A stretch of DNA of 64,000 bases from NCBI GenBank assembly GCA_035529575.1, contig DATKWM010000009.1, positions 150 through 64,149 on the forward strand, read 5' to 3'. Below are positions 28,964-39,539 of this stretch, piece after piece. This DNA is from Desulfatiglandales bacterium. Its GTDB lineage: Bacteria > Desulfobacterota > DSM-4660 > Desulfatiglandales > B25-G16. Under the pieces are notes generated by a model, which was given only the letters and a program-made list of their open reading frames with translations, was not told where the DNA came from and made no database searches. Position 1 is the first letter of the stretch. The number at the start of each line of letters is the position of its first letter. Both the position numbers and the translations under genes were made by a program.

Positions 28964-30490
28964 TTATTTGGAGATCTCCTTGAAAACCATCCACCGGTCT
29001 GGGCGGGGCTGGAATTTAATGCCTTTACCCTTCTGAATCGCATAGATATCCTGTTGGTAGTGCAGGGGGATCCATACGATCTTATCTACCATGGCCATCT
29101 TATTGAGGTCTTGAAGAACCGTTTTGCGCTTCTCCCGGTCAACGATACTGCCGGTGGGCCCGAGAAGGGTGTCTATACTGGGATCGCTGTAATTGGTTCC
29201 GTTTAACTCTCCAAAGCCCTCACCGCGGGTATGGGCCAGCTTGAAATATGTCCGGCCCATATCAAAGGTGCCGTCAAACCACCCGATGAGATAGAATTCG
29301 AGCTCACCCCGGGCGACCTGCGGAAAAAAGATGGACTTGGGCTTTACATCCAGACTCACCTTGATGCCCACCTTAGCCAGATACCTTGCCACGGCCTCGG
29401 CAATCTTTTCGTCCTGTACATACCGATCATTGGGGCCTGATAAGGTAATTTCAAACCCTTTCGTGTACCCTGCTTCCTTCAGGAGCTTTCTGGCCATTTC
29501 CGGGTTGTAGGAGAGACGCTCTATCTCCGGATTATACCCGATGGTAGGGGGATCCGGAATCTGCGCTGCAGGTGCGGCATGGCCTCTCATGATTTTTTCG
29601 ATAATCTCATCCTCATTGATGGCCATGTACATGGCCTTGCGAACACGAATGTCCTCCATGGGGCTCCCCGGCTTGTTGCCCAAGGCCAGAAAAATGGATC
29701 TTCGGGCAGGGCGGGTGATCACCTCGAGTTTCGGGTTTTGTAGAACCTTTTCATACAACTCCACCGGCACGCCGGAGACAAGCTCAGCCTGCCCGGAAAC
29801 CAGCGCGGCAAAACGGGTGGAAGACTCCGTAATGGGCATCAACTCCACGTTCTTAATGGGCGGGGGCCCTTCCCAATAGTCCTCATTGGCCACCATCTTG
29901 ACATACGACCCCTTGACCCATTCAACTAACTTATAGGCACCTGTTCCAATGGGCTTGACCTCTACCTCCCCCGGATCTCTGGCATCTGTCGACTCCTTAT
30001 CCATCATATAGATCTGATGGAGATTGTTCGCGAACCAGGGAATAGGGTCCTTGGTTTTGATGACAACAGTATAGTCATCAACGATATCGATCGATGCAAT
30101 GCTTTTTCCGGTGTTGATGAACTCCGATACGTCCGGGTTGGATAGCCTCTCGAAGGAAAACTTCACATCCTTGGCGGTAAAAGGGTTGCCATTGTGAAAC
30201 CTTACCCCTTTTCTAAGGTATAACTTCCAGGTCAAAAGATCAGGATGCTCGTACCGCACGGCCAATGCCGGGAAGAGGTTTCCCTCGGGCGCCTTGCGCT
30301 GAAGAAGCCCCTCAAAAAAGTTGGCCATTATCGAGAGGTTTGCATCCGCATCGGAGCCGTGGGGGTTCATTGTCCTGGGAGGAGTGTCCACAGCGACCAC
30401 AATGGATGAAGCTCCAATGGCTTGCCCTGTCAAAATGAGCAAGGTTCCTATAAAGATGCCCAAGAATAATAAAATAGAAATTCTTTTCAT
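28964..30490 (-). CDS. ABC transporter substrate-binding protein, family 5 (oligo/dipeptide type)
   Basis: 508 aa with a signal peptide. SBP_bac_5-like sequence throughout. Confidence 0.85.
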   Translation of the reverse strand: MKRISILLFLGIFIGTLLILTGQAIGASSIVVAVDTPPRTMNPHGSDADANLSIMANFFEGLLQRKAPEGNLFPALAVRYEHPDLLTWKLYLRKGVRFHNGNPFTAKDVKFSFERLSNPDVSEFINTGKSIASIDIVDDYTVVIKTKDPIPWFANNLHQIYMMDKESTDARDPGEVEVKPIGTGAYKLVEWVKGSYVKMVANEDYWEGPPPIKNVELMPITESSTRFAALVSGQAELVSGVPVELYEKVLQNPKLEVITRPARRSIFLALGNKPGSPMEDIRVRKAMYMAINEDEIIEKIMRGHAAPAAQIPDPPTIGYNPEIERLSYNPEMARKLLKEAGYTKGFEITLSGPNDRYVQDEKIAEAVARYLAKVGIKVSLDVKPKSIFFPQVARGELEFYLIGWFDGTFDMGRTYFKLAHTRGEGFGELNGTNYSDPSIDTLLGPTGSIVDREKRKTVLQDLNKMAMVDKIVWIPLHYQQDIYAIQKGKGIKFQPRPDRWMVFKEISK

Positions 30491-30784
30491 TTTTGTTCCC
30501 TCCCTTTTTAATTAATAGTTTCTTTATAGGTTTACCCCGCTAGAATGCCCCGCTATTTATGGCCTGAATGCTATAGGTAAAAATTACATTCCTTATTTAT
30601 AGCGGGGTCTAATGACCCACCCTTCTAATGGGGTTTGCTATCAATCATCACCTCCTTTCATGTCAAGTAGTCTCAGGCCTACGTTAGCCCAAATAATGAG
30701 CATCTCATTGGATCCTAACAATAAATGAAGATATAGTTTGAGACTAAAGGCATTGTTAAAGAGTAAATTAAATCAATATAAAAA

Positions 30785-31807
30785 TCAATATAAATAGCAT
30801 CCTACATAGTGATCGCCTCCAATGTCCTTTAATGCTGGTTCACTTTGATCGCATCCCTCCCTTCTATGGGCACACCTGGGATGAAAATAGCAGCCCGATG
30901 GTGGATTGATAGGGCTGGGTACATCACCTTTTAGAATGGCCTTTTCCTTAACTGCTTTCGGATCCGGCACTGGAATAGCTGACATTAAGGCCTGGGTATA
31001 GGGATGCTTAGGGTCGGTGTACAGATCTCGATAGGAGGCCATCTCCACAATTTTCCCCAGATACATTACGGCAATGCGATCGCAGATATATTCCACCACC
31101 GCTAGGTCATGGGCAATAATGATGTAAGAAAGTTGAAACTCTTCCTGCAGGTCAATCAGGAGATTGATAATCTGGGCCTGGATGGAGACATCCAGGGCCG
31201 AGACAGGTTCATCCCCGATGATGAGCTGGGGGTTCAGGGCCAAGGCCCGGGCAATCCCGATCCTTTGCCGCTGCCCGCCACTGAATTCATGTGGGTAGCG
31301 TCTTCCTTGTTCAGGGGTGAGGCCCACCTTTTCAAGTAAATATGCGATCCGATCCTTTCTCTCGTGGCCTTTATACACCCCGTGGATCTCCATGGGATCA
31401 CTGATGATTTGATTCACTGTCATACGAGGATTGAGTGAGGAGTAAGGGTCTTGGAATATTATTTGCATCTCTCTTTTAAGGGATCTCAGCTGGGATTTTT
31501 CCATATGTGATATGTCCATCCCCTGAAAAGTAACCGTTCCAGCAGTAGGTTCGATCAATCTCAAGATAGCCAATCCCGTTGTGGTCTTGCCACAGCCGCT
31601 TTCACCCACTAATCCGATGGTCTCACCCTTACCCAAGGAAAAGGAAATCCCATCCACGGCATATACATACCCTACGGTATGAGAGAAAAGACCTTTTTTG
31701 ATAGGGAAATGAACCTCCAAATTTTCTACCGTGAGAAGCGTTTCCAAGAAAATTCTCTTCACTTTAGCGACCCGAGTGGAGCCAGCAGCTGACCCAATGG
31801 TTTCCAC
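30785..31807 (-). CDS. peptide ABC transporter ATP-binding protein (DppF/OppF type)
   Basis: Walker [10 protein letters not shown], signature FSGGQRQR, and the C-terminal oligopeptide-transporter Cys motif. An alternative GTG start at 31762 would remove the 44-nt overlap. Confidence 0.85.
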   Translation of the reverse strand: METIGSAAGSTRVAKVKRIFLETLLTVENLEVHFPIKKGLFSHTVGYVYAVDGISFSLGKGETIGLVGESGCGKTTTGLAILRLIEPTAGTVTFQGMDISHMEKSQLRSLKREMQIIFQDPYSSLNPRMTVNQIISDPMEIHGVYKGHERKDRIAYLLEKVGLTPEQGRRYPHEFSGGQRQRIGIARALALNPQLIIGDEPVSALDVSIQAQIINLLIDLQEEFQLSYIIIAHDLAVVEYICDRIAVMYLGKIVEMASYRDLYTDPKHPYTQALMSAIPVPDPKAVKEKAILKGDVPSPINPPSGCYFHPRCAHRREGCDQSEPALKDIGGDHYVGCYLY

Positions 31808-32756
31808 CTATATCAACCAGTTCGGGCACATGTTCCTGACACAATTCCATTCTTTGCAGGCATCGAGGGTAAAAGCTGCACCCGGGTGGCAATTCATAAA
31901 GGCTCGGAACAATTCCCGCAATTTCCTTAAGCCGTTCGCGGCCATGCCTGGACCTCTGGCCGAGCTTTGGAATGGACTTAAGAAGCCCCTGGGTATAGGG
32001 ATGTTTGGGGTCTTCAAAAATAGCTACTGTTTGTGCCTCCTCAACCACCTTGCCTGCGTACATCACCACAACTCGCTGTGCGATTTCCGCAACCACGCCA
32101 AGATCGTGAGTGATCAGCATAATTGCCGCATTAAAGTCCTCTTTGAGCTGCATCATCAGATCAAGGATCTGTGCCTGAATGGTGACATCCAAGGCAGTTG
32201 AAGGTTCGTCAGCAATAAGGATCTCCGGATTACACGAAAGGGCCATGGCGATCATGGCCCTCTGCCGCATGCCCCCTGAAAGCTGATGGGGGTATTCATG
32301 AACCCTTTTCTCTGGGGCTGGAATCTGAACCTTACTGAGCATCTCGACAGCTCGCTGCCAACCTTCCCTCTTGCTATGTTTCTCATGAAGGACAAACATC
32401 TCAGAGATCTGGTTTCCGATGGTAAAGACAGGGTTAAGGGATGTCATGGGTTCCTGGAAGATCATGGAGATCCGTTTGCCTCGAATGTCTCTCATTTGCT
32501 TCATGGTGAGATCGGGGAGGTTAACACCATCAAAGTCGATCCTTCCATGTACGATCTTGCCTGGCGGCTCGGGTATGAGCCGCATGATAGATTGCGCGGT
32601 GACACTCTTTCCGCAACCTGATTCTCCGACAAGTCCGAGGGTTTCTCCTTTTTTCAGGTAAAAAGAGACGTCGTCAACTGCCTTGGCGATGCCCTCAAAT
32701 GTATAAAAGTATGTCTTGAGCTCTTGGACTTGAAGGAGTTGGGGATGGGTATTCAT
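31764..32756 (-). CDS. peptide ABC transporter ATP-binding protein (DppD/OppD type)
   Basis: Walker A GESGCGKS, signature LSGGMRQR, and a C-terminal CxFxxRC motif. Confidence 0.85.
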   Translation of the reverse strand: MNTHPQLLQVQELKTYFYTFEGIAKAVDDVSFYLKKGETLGLVGESGCGKSVTAQSIMRLIPEPPGKIVHGRIDFDGVNLPDLTMKQMRDIRGKRISMIFQEPMTSLNPVFTIGNQISEMFVLHEKHSKREGWQRAVEMLSKVQIPAPEKRVHEYPHQLSGGMRQRAMIAMALSCNPEILIADEPSTALDVTIQAQILDLMMQLKEDFNAAIMLITHDLGVVAEIAQRVVVMYAGKVVEEAQTVAIFEDPKHPYTQGLLKSIPKLGQRSRHGRERLKEIAGIVPSLYELPPGCSFYPRCLQRMELCQEHVPELVDIGGNHWVSCWLHSGR

Positions 32757-32956
32757 ATTTCCAATCCGCGATCAATACGCTCGTGCAAATAGGATGTAAA
32801 ATAATTGATAGCACAGCTAATGTGACTCTGCAATCAGAAATAGGGGAAAACGCAAATTTTCAGCAGATAGGATAACTTCTTGCCTTATCTGCTACGGATT
32901 CGCATGAAATTATGGAATAGAGTGCACAGAAATTGGTCTTGATAACCTCGGAGAGT

Positions 32957-34138
32957 TCACGTGAGAGCCCTCTGGATTGCCTCAGTAAAAACTCTAACAC
33001 CGATTAAAAGGACTTCTTCATCAACATCAAAGTGTGGGGAGTGAAGCATATGGACAAAGCCTTTCTCCTTGTTTGCGCATCCTAATCGAATCATTGCACT
33101 GGGTCTTTCAATCGCAAAAAAGGCAAAATCTTCGGAGCCAGTGACCGGAGGAAGATATCGCATATTATTGGAGCCACACACATGGGCTGCGGCTTCATAA
33201 AGGAAAGAAGACGTATGTTCATCATTGATACAGGCGGGAACACTTTCAAGGAATTGCAGCCTACACGTTACATGAAAGGTCAACTCAATGCCCTGAATGA
33301 TATCATGTACCCTTTGAATGAGTTGTTCTCTCACATCATTTCTGAACGCCCTAATAGTCCCCTCAAGATGAGCCTGGTCCGGGATGACATTGGCTGCTTT
33401 CCCGGCTGTAAATGTGCCCAGTGTAATAACAGCAGTATCTGTGGGTCTGATATTACGACTGATTATAGACTGAACGGCCGTGACAAAATATGAGCCGGCT
33501 ACGATGGGGTCGATACCTTCTTCAGGACGCCCTCCATGGGCACCCTTTCCCTTGATATCCAGGCTGAACCGATCTCCAGAGGCATGGCTTTGAGTTCTAT
33601 TAACACCCACCACCCCTATAGGGAGATCGGGTGAAACATGGCAGGCAAATATCCTGTCCACATTGGGGTTTTTCAACACTCCCTGAGCAATCATTTCTTT
33701 GGCGCCAGTGCCTCTCTCCTCGCCTGGCTGGAACAAAAACTTTACATTCCCCTTGAGCTTCTTGGAAAGACCTGATTCCTGGATATGCTTGGCCACACCA
33801 AGCATAATGGTTGTGTGGACATCATGTCCGCACGCATGCATGGTTCCATCATGCCGGGATTTATACGGCACATCGTTTAGTTCTTGTATGGGTAAGGCAT
33901 CGATATCCGCTCTTAAAGCAATAGTTTTGCCATTTCCTTCACCTGGGATCAAAGCAGTGAGCCCTGTTAATCCATGCAGTTCTTGGACCGTAACGTCGAG
34001 GTTTCTAAGAATTTCTTTTATTTTTTCAGTTGTCTTAATCTCTTGGTTTGAAATTTCCGGATACATATGGAAATCTCGTCGTATGGCAGCAAGCCACTCT
34101 CTCATCGTATCTTCGTTAAGATGCACTGCTTCCTCCAA
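32957..34138 (-). CDS. M20D-family amidohydrolase (N-acyl-amino-acid / hippurate hydrolase type)
   Basis: ALRADIDALPI...HACGHD...FQPGEE metal-ligand motifs. Confidence 0.85.
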   Translation of the reverse strand: MEEAVHLNEDTMREWLAAIRRDFHMYPEISNQEIKTTEKIKEILRNLDVTVQELHGLTGLTALIPGEGNGKTIALRADIDALPIQELNDVPYKSRHDGTMHACGHDVHTTIMLGVAKHIQESGLSKKLKGNVKFLFQPGEERGTGAKEMIAQGVLKNPNVDRIFACHVSPDLPIGVVGVNRTQSHASGDRFSLDIKGKGAHGGRPEEGIDPIVAGSYFVTAVQSIISRNIRPTDTAVITLGTFTAGKAANVIPDQAHLEGTIRAFRNDVREQLIQRVHDIIQGIELTFHVTCRLQFLESVPACINDEHTSSFLYEAAAHVCGSNNMRYLPPVTGSEDFAFFAIERPSAMIRLGCANKEKGFVHMLHSPHFDVDEEVLLIGVRVFTEAIQRALT

Positions 34139-34155
34139 CTATTTGATTATTTTTT

Positions 34156-35343
34156 TTACTTTTCAAACACACCCTTTACCATAATTTCCTTGTTCCTTAT
34201 CATTATTCTGCCTCGTGCAATTACAGTATCTATGTCCAGATTTTCATTTAGCAGCACCAGATCCGCATCTTTTCCAACATGAACCCTGCCCTTGTTGAGT
34301 AGTTTTAAATTTCTCGCAGGATTTGAGGTAATTACCGTTATGGCAATTTCCACAGGAATTTTTTCATCTATTATTGCATCTCTGACCTCTTTAAACAAAG
34401 AGGTTACCATGCCGACCTCAAGCCCACTAAATTCCCCTTTTTCATCAAACCGGGGCAAACTTCCCTGACCATCGGAGGTAAAACTGACCCTTTCAACAGG
34501 TATTCCTTGGTCAAGTACCTCCTTTAACGCCTTGCTGCATTTAATATTTGCTTTTATTGGAGGCCATTCCGGGCTGCTTGTTGTAAAGTCTATAAGGCCT
34601 CCTTTCTTTGCATATTGAATTGCCGCCTCAAAGAGGCCGGGGTTTCTTCCGAGGTGGGTTGGAATAAACTGTGTTATAGGGATCTCCGTGCTGTTTGCTA
34701 CGTGCTCCAAAAAACTCAATTTATCCTTCCCATCACCTATATGAATATTTACAATACCGGCTTTTCCTGAAAGCATTCCTCCAACCCTTGCGGCTGCTGC
34801 GATTTTTCCTATATCCTCGAGCGTTGGCTGGGAAGAGCGATGATCCGATACTGCAATTTCACCAACACCTATTATTTCATCAATCAAAACAATATCGTCT
34901 TGAATAGAATCTGTGAGTGTTCTTACAGGGATGTGATAAGAGCCCGTGTATATATAGCAGGTGATACCCTCTTCTTTCAGACTCTTTGCCTTTGCAATAA
35001 GATTGCGTATTGTCCTTGTTGACTCATCAGTGCCGAGGCATCCTACAACGGTTGTTACACCCCCTTTGGTGATGTCGCTGAGCATTATTTCGGGAGTTCT
35101 CGTCTTAAAACCTCCTTCTCCTCCTCCACCACAAATATGGACATGTGAGTCTATAAAACCTGGCACTAACAGCATGCCTTTTGCATCAATAACTTCAATG
35201 TCAATTTCTTTGCCTGGATCAATACGATCCTGAATGTATCCTATTTTCTCTGCTGTTATCAAAACATCCTTTTTACCAAGCGGTTCAGGGGTAAAAACAT
35301 TGGCATTTTTAATCAGTTTTATCATCCTCATCTCATCTGACAT
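34156..35343 (-). CDS. iadA: isoaspartyl (beta-aspartyl) dipeptidase
   Basis: GFIDSHVHICGGGGEGGFKTRTPE signature. ATG 35343 is preceded by AAGGAG. The ORF extends to 35403. Confidence 0.85.
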   Translation of the reverse strand: MSDEMRMIKLIKNANVFTPEPLGKKDVLITAEKIGYIQDRIDPGKEIDIEVIDAKGMLLVPGFIDSHVHICGGGGEGGFKTRTPEIMLSDITKGGVTTVVGCLGTDESTRTIRNLIAKAKSLKEEGITCYIYTGSYHIPVRTLTDSIQDDIVLIDEIIGVGEIAVSDHRSSQPTLEDIGKIAAAARVGGMLSGKAGIVNIHIGDGKDKLSFLEHVANSTEIPITQFIPTHLGRNPGLFEAAIQYAKKGGLIDFTTSSPEWPPIKANIKCSKALKEVLDQGIPVERVSFTSDGQGSLPRFDEKGEFSGLEVGMVTSLFKEVRDAIIDEKIPVEIAITVITSNPARNLKLLNKGRVHVGKDADLVLLNENLDIDTVIARGRIMIRNKEIMVKGVFEK

Positions 35344-35443
35344 AAAGTGTTCTCCTTTTATAATAAAAAACTCATAGCCATACTGCCTACTGCTGGAGAT
35401 CACCTATCCGCTGCAGGCGAATCAGCTGTAAACATTATTGTCA

Positions 35444-36567
35444 CTAATTGCTGTATTTTCTCAATATCTTTAATACTTTTTCAGTTGATTTCAGCCCATG
35501 TCCTGTAAGCGGAACAACTATTATTTCTTTGGCTGCACTTTTATATTTTCTGAAACCTGCTATCGCTGCGGCAGATGTCGGCTCAACATACAACCCATTT
35601 TTGCAGATTTCAAATAGAGACTTTTCAATTTCTTTATCAGTAACAATAATGACTTCTCCTTCCGTTTCCAGTAGAATATCTAAAATCTGTTTTGCCCTCA
35701 GAGGTTCAGCTATCCTAATCCCCTCTGCCATGGTTTCTTTTGGTTCAATGCGTGGCACTTCTTTTAATTTTTCATTAAACATCTTATAAATAGGGGCACA
35801 GGTTTCAGATTGAACCGCTATCAATCTGGGCAGTTTTGATATAAGCTTTTGATTCAGTAAATCTTTAAATCCTAAATAAGCTCCGATAAATAGGGTACCG
35901 TGTCCGGTTGGAATAATGAGCGTATCAGGGACAGTGAAATTAAATTGTTCCCAAACCTCAAAGGCAAAGGTCTTAGTTCCCTGAAAGAAAAACGGGTTCC
36001 ATGCGTGGCTTGCATAGAAGCTGTATTTTGCAGCCTCCAGAGTCGCATGGGCTGTATCTTCTCGGGACCCGGGAATTTTTCTTACATGGGCACCATACAT
36101 TTGGATCTGGGCCAGCTTCCCGTGAGATGTCTTCTCCGGAACAAAAATATCACATTCAATACCTGCCTTTGAAGAATAGGCTGCAATGGCACACCCTGCA
36201 TTTCCAGATGAGTCTTCAACTACCTTGGTAACTCCTAATTCTTTAGCCTTGCTAATAAGAACTGAGGCACCCCGATCCTTGAATGACCCAGTGGGAAAAA
36301 GGTGTTCAAATTTAACTAAAATTTTTTTGCACCTACTGTTAACTCTAATAAGGGGGTAAATCCTTCGTTAAATGAGATAATGTTTGCATCCTTGTTAATC
36401 GGTATAGCTTCACGATAGCGCCACATGGTCGGCGCTCTGCCTTTGATTTTTTCTCTATCGAAGCTGAAGGTAAATTCAATATCCAGAAAGGATCTGCAAC
36501 TGCACCTCCACCGTAAATCGTCTAATGGATATGTTGATCCACATCTTTTACATATAAGCCGGTTCAT
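35444..36567 (-). pseudogene. ThrC-fold (threonine-synthase-like) PLP enzyme paralogue, interrupted by a -1 frame change at an A7 run
   Basis: ORF 36316-36567 gives the zinc-ribbon N-terminus. After the A7 run (36322-36328) the -1 frame reads ILVKFEHLFPTGSFKDRGASV... (PLP-Lys motif) and stays open to 35444. Confidence 0.75.
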
Positions 36568-36585
36568 ACGCCTTGGTGTAAGAGA

Positions 36586-36966
36586 TTATTGTGGTAATGA
36601 TGCTATCGCCTCGATTTCTATATCAAAACCAAAATGCAAGTTCTTTATGGGAACAACAGCGCGTGCCGGACGATGCTCGCCAAAGAATTTACCATAAACC
36701 TCGTTTACCCTGTCCCATAATTGAATATCAGAAATATACACGGTAGTCTTAATAACTTTATTTATATCACTGCCTGCAGCTTTAATGATTTCAGCTAAAT
36801 TCTTTAATACTTGCTCAGTTTGCTCCTCAATCGAGCCGAGGCGCTTTTGTCCAGTAGCCGGATCGATAGGCAGCTGTCCTGAAACGTATATGATATTGTC
36901 GTGAATTACTGCCTGAGAGTAATGACCTGCAGGTTTTGGTGCATTTGGACTAAAGATTTCTCTCAT
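36586..36966 (-). CDS. ridA: RidA / YjgF / TdcF family reactive enamine-imine deaminase
   Basis: 126 aa. APKPAGHYSQAV...VYVSGQLP...PARAVV family motifs. Confidence 0.85.
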   Translation of the reverse strand: MREIFSPNAPKPAGHYSQAVIHDNIIYVSGQLPIDPATGQKRLGSIEEQTEQVLKNLAEIIKAAGSDINKVIKTTVYISDIQLWDRVNEVYGKFFGEHRPARAVVPIKNLHFGFDIEIEAIASLPQ

Positions 36967-37357
36967 AATGCCTCCTAAACTCCTTTTAGTTCTGTGGTGA
37001 TATCCCCCTTACTGTATACTATTTTTAAGTTCTTGTCTGTCGGCGTTTGGTGGATCGCTGTCGCGCAGACAAACCAATGATTTTGATGTAGCTAGATCTG
37101 CCTAGACCCGATTTGGAGAAAAAATCCTTTCAAATAAAAAATAACGTCCTTTGTTTGGACTTTACCACATCTGGATTCAAAGAGAGAGTTAGTTTTATCA
37201 TATTCCTTTCTTAAATAAGATAGGAAATTGGCTCAGAAACCCACGCCTATTCATAAGGGGTTATACTTTTTTTTTGTTAATCTTTTAAGCTGACCTAATT
37301 CTCTATGAAAATCAATTGATTAAATGACATTGACATTAGCTTAACTATCATAATTAT

Positions 37358-37386
37358 TTGACAATATGCCCTGCCTTAGATATTTT
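37358..37386 (+). promoter_or_regulatory. candidate sigma70-type promoter for the intact thrC-like gene
   Basis: TTGACA (37358-37363), 17-nt spacer, TATTTT (37381-37386). A second TTGACA lies at 37330-37335. Confidence 0.35.
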
Positions 37387-37492
37387 TAAGGGGATTTTTC
37401 ATATAAGATGAAATAAGATTCTCTTCCTTGTATAAACATATGGAACATCAAACAAGGCATAGGCAAAATCTCAGATGAAAGGAGGCGGCTCA

Positions 37493-38704
37493 ATGACACA
37501 ATGCTATATGACCCACCTGGAATGTCCAAAATGTGGTATTTCCTATGACCCGGATCAGGTGAATCAAGTGTGTTCTTGTGGAGCACCGCTGCTTGTAAGG
37601 TATGACATGAAGGGTTTAGGTGCAGCAGTCAAGAAGGAAGATCTAATCAACCGAGCCCCATCTATGTGGCGTTATAGGGAATTCTTGCCGCTCAGAAAAG
37701 AGGAAAATATCGTAACTCTGGGAGAAGGGATGACGCCAATTATTCCCTTGCAGACAATTGGGGCCAGATTGGGCGTGAATAACCTCTACATGAAAGATGA
37801 GGGCGTCATACCTGGGGGAACGTTCAAGACTCGTGGCGCTGCAGTTGGGGTATCAAGGGCTAAGGAGTTGGGGGTCAAAGTCCTGGCCATGCCCACTAAT
37901 GGGAATGCAGGCGGAACTTGGGCCACATATTCTGCTCGTGCCGGTATAAAGGCCTACATTGTAATGCCTGAAGATGCACCTGCCATTACACGGAAGGAGT
38001 GTGCAGTAAGTGGGGCGGCACTATATCTTGTTCGAGGCCTTATCAGCGATGCCGGAAAGATCGTAGGACGAGCAGTGGAAAGATATGGCTGGTTCGATGC
38101 ATCAACGTTAAGAGAGCCCTACCGCATAGAGGGCAAGAAAACGATGGGTCTGGAAATTGCCGAGCAGTTCTCATGGGTCTTGCCAGACATTATATTGTAC
38201 CCAACCGGTGGTGGAGTTGGAATTATTGGAATTTATAAGGCCATGTGTGAATTGCAAGAAATTGGTTGGATGGGAGAGAAGATGCCCCGATTGGTTTCGG
38301 TGCAGGCTGCCGGTTGTGCCCCTATTGTTAAGGCATGGGAACAGAAGGAGACCAAATCCACGTTTTGGGAAAATTCTGCCACCATAGCCTTTGGCATCAA
38401 TGTTCCCAAGGCACTGGGCGATTTTCTCATTCTCGATGCCGTTTATAAAACAAATGGCTGTGCAGTGGCGGTTGATGATAAGGAAATCCTGCAAGCACAG
38501 GCCAGCCTGGGGGCAGAAGAAGGGGCGTTTGTTTGTCCCGAGGGTGCAGCTACCCTTGCGGCAGCAATTCGCCTGTACAACAATGGCTGGATTGAGCCAG
38601 ATGATAAAGTATTGCTACTCAATACAGGCACCGGTTTGAAATATCCTGAGACCGTGAAAGTAGAAGTGCCTATTATGGATCCAGACGATGATCTAATGGA
38701 GTAA
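37493..38704 (+). CDS. thrC: threonine synthase-like PLP enzyme (ThrC fold, N-terminal zinc ribbon)
   Basis: AGGAGG lies 8 nt upstream of ATG 37493. CPKCG...CSCG ribbon. GGTFKTRGAAV PLP-Lys motif. The ORF extends to 37475. Confidence 0.8.
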   Translation: MTQCYMTHLECPKCGISYDPDQVNQVCSCGAPLLVRYDMKGLGAAVKKEDLINRAPSMWRYREFLPLRKEENIVTLGEGMTPIIPLQTIGARLGVNNLYMKDEGVIPGGTFKTRGAAVGVSRAKELGVKVLAMPTNGNAGGTWATYSARAGIKAYIVMPEDAPAITRKECAVSGAALYLVRGLISDAGKIVGRAVERYGWFDASTLREPYRIEGKKTMGLEIAEQFSWVLPDIILYPTGGGVGIIGIYKAMCELQEIGWMGEKMPRLVSVQAAGCAPIVKAWEQKETKSTFWENSATIAFGINVPKALGDFLILDAVYKTNGCAVAVDDKEILQAQASLGAEEGAFVCPEGAATLAAAIRLYNNGWIEPDDKVLLLNTGTGLKYPETVKVEVPIMDPDDDLME

Positions 38705-38810
38705 TATACTCTAACTGCTGCAATATGGCAGACACTTAAATTGATGAGGAGAATTTCGATGAGGGAAACAATATCCACAAGAGATGCTCTTGAAGGAGCG
38801 GTTCCCGCAG

Positions 38811-39536
38811 TTATATGAGGATCTTGTCCAGAAAATCCTTTGTCCTGGGGCTCTCAGGATTTTGGAAGAAACTAATATCAGTCCCCCGTTCAATGATACT
38901 TCCTTCATCCATGAAGATAATCTCGTCAGCCACTTCCCGTGCAAATCCCATCTCATGGGTGACCACGATCATGGTCATTCCACTCTTAGAAAGATTAATC
39001 ATGACTTCGAGCACTTCCTTGATCATCTCCGGGTCCAAGGCTGAGGTGGGTTCATCAAACATCATGATCTTTGGTTCCATGGCCAAAGACCGTGCTATGG
39101 CAACCCGTTGTTGCTGGCCACCAGAGAGATTGGCCGGATATTCATAGGCTTTTTCCGGGATCCCAACCCTCTGAAGCAGCCCCATGGCACCGGCATTGGC
39201 CTCTTTTTTCGACTTATTTCGTACCTTCATAGGAGCCAAGGTAATGTTCTGAAGGGCAGTCATATGGGGATAGAGCTCGAAGCGCTGGAAAACCATACCG
39301 ATCTCTGTACGAAGTTTATAAAGATCGGTTGCTGAATCGCCGACGGATACACCATCCACGATGATTTCACCTTCCTGGAAGGGCTCGAGACCATTGATAC
39401 ATCTGAGAAGTGTGCTCTTGCCTGAACCGCTTGGACCACACACAACTACAGTCTGCCCCTGTTTCACTTCCTCGTTGATGTCTTTGAGGACCTGAAAGTC
39501 GCCGTACCACTTGCTCATGTTTCTTATCTCGATCAA
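38811..39536 (-). CDS. polar amino-acid ABC transporter ATP-binding protein (GlnQ type)
   Basis: Walker [10 protein letters not shown], signature [13 protein letters not shown], Walker [12 protein letters not shown]. Confidence 0.9.
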   Translation of the reverse strand: MIEIRNMSKWYGDFQVLKDINEEVKQGQTVVVCGPSGSGKSTLLRCINGLEPFQEGEIIVDGVSVGDSATDLYKLRTEIGMVFQRFELYPHMTALQNITLAPMKVRNKSKKEANAGAMGLLQRVGIPEKAYEYPANLSGGQQQRVAIARSLAMEPKIMMFDEPTSALDPEMIKEVLEVMINLSKSGMTMIVVTHEMGFAREVADEIIFMDEGSIIERGTDISFFQNPESPRTKDFLDKILI

Positions 39537-39539
39537 TAG

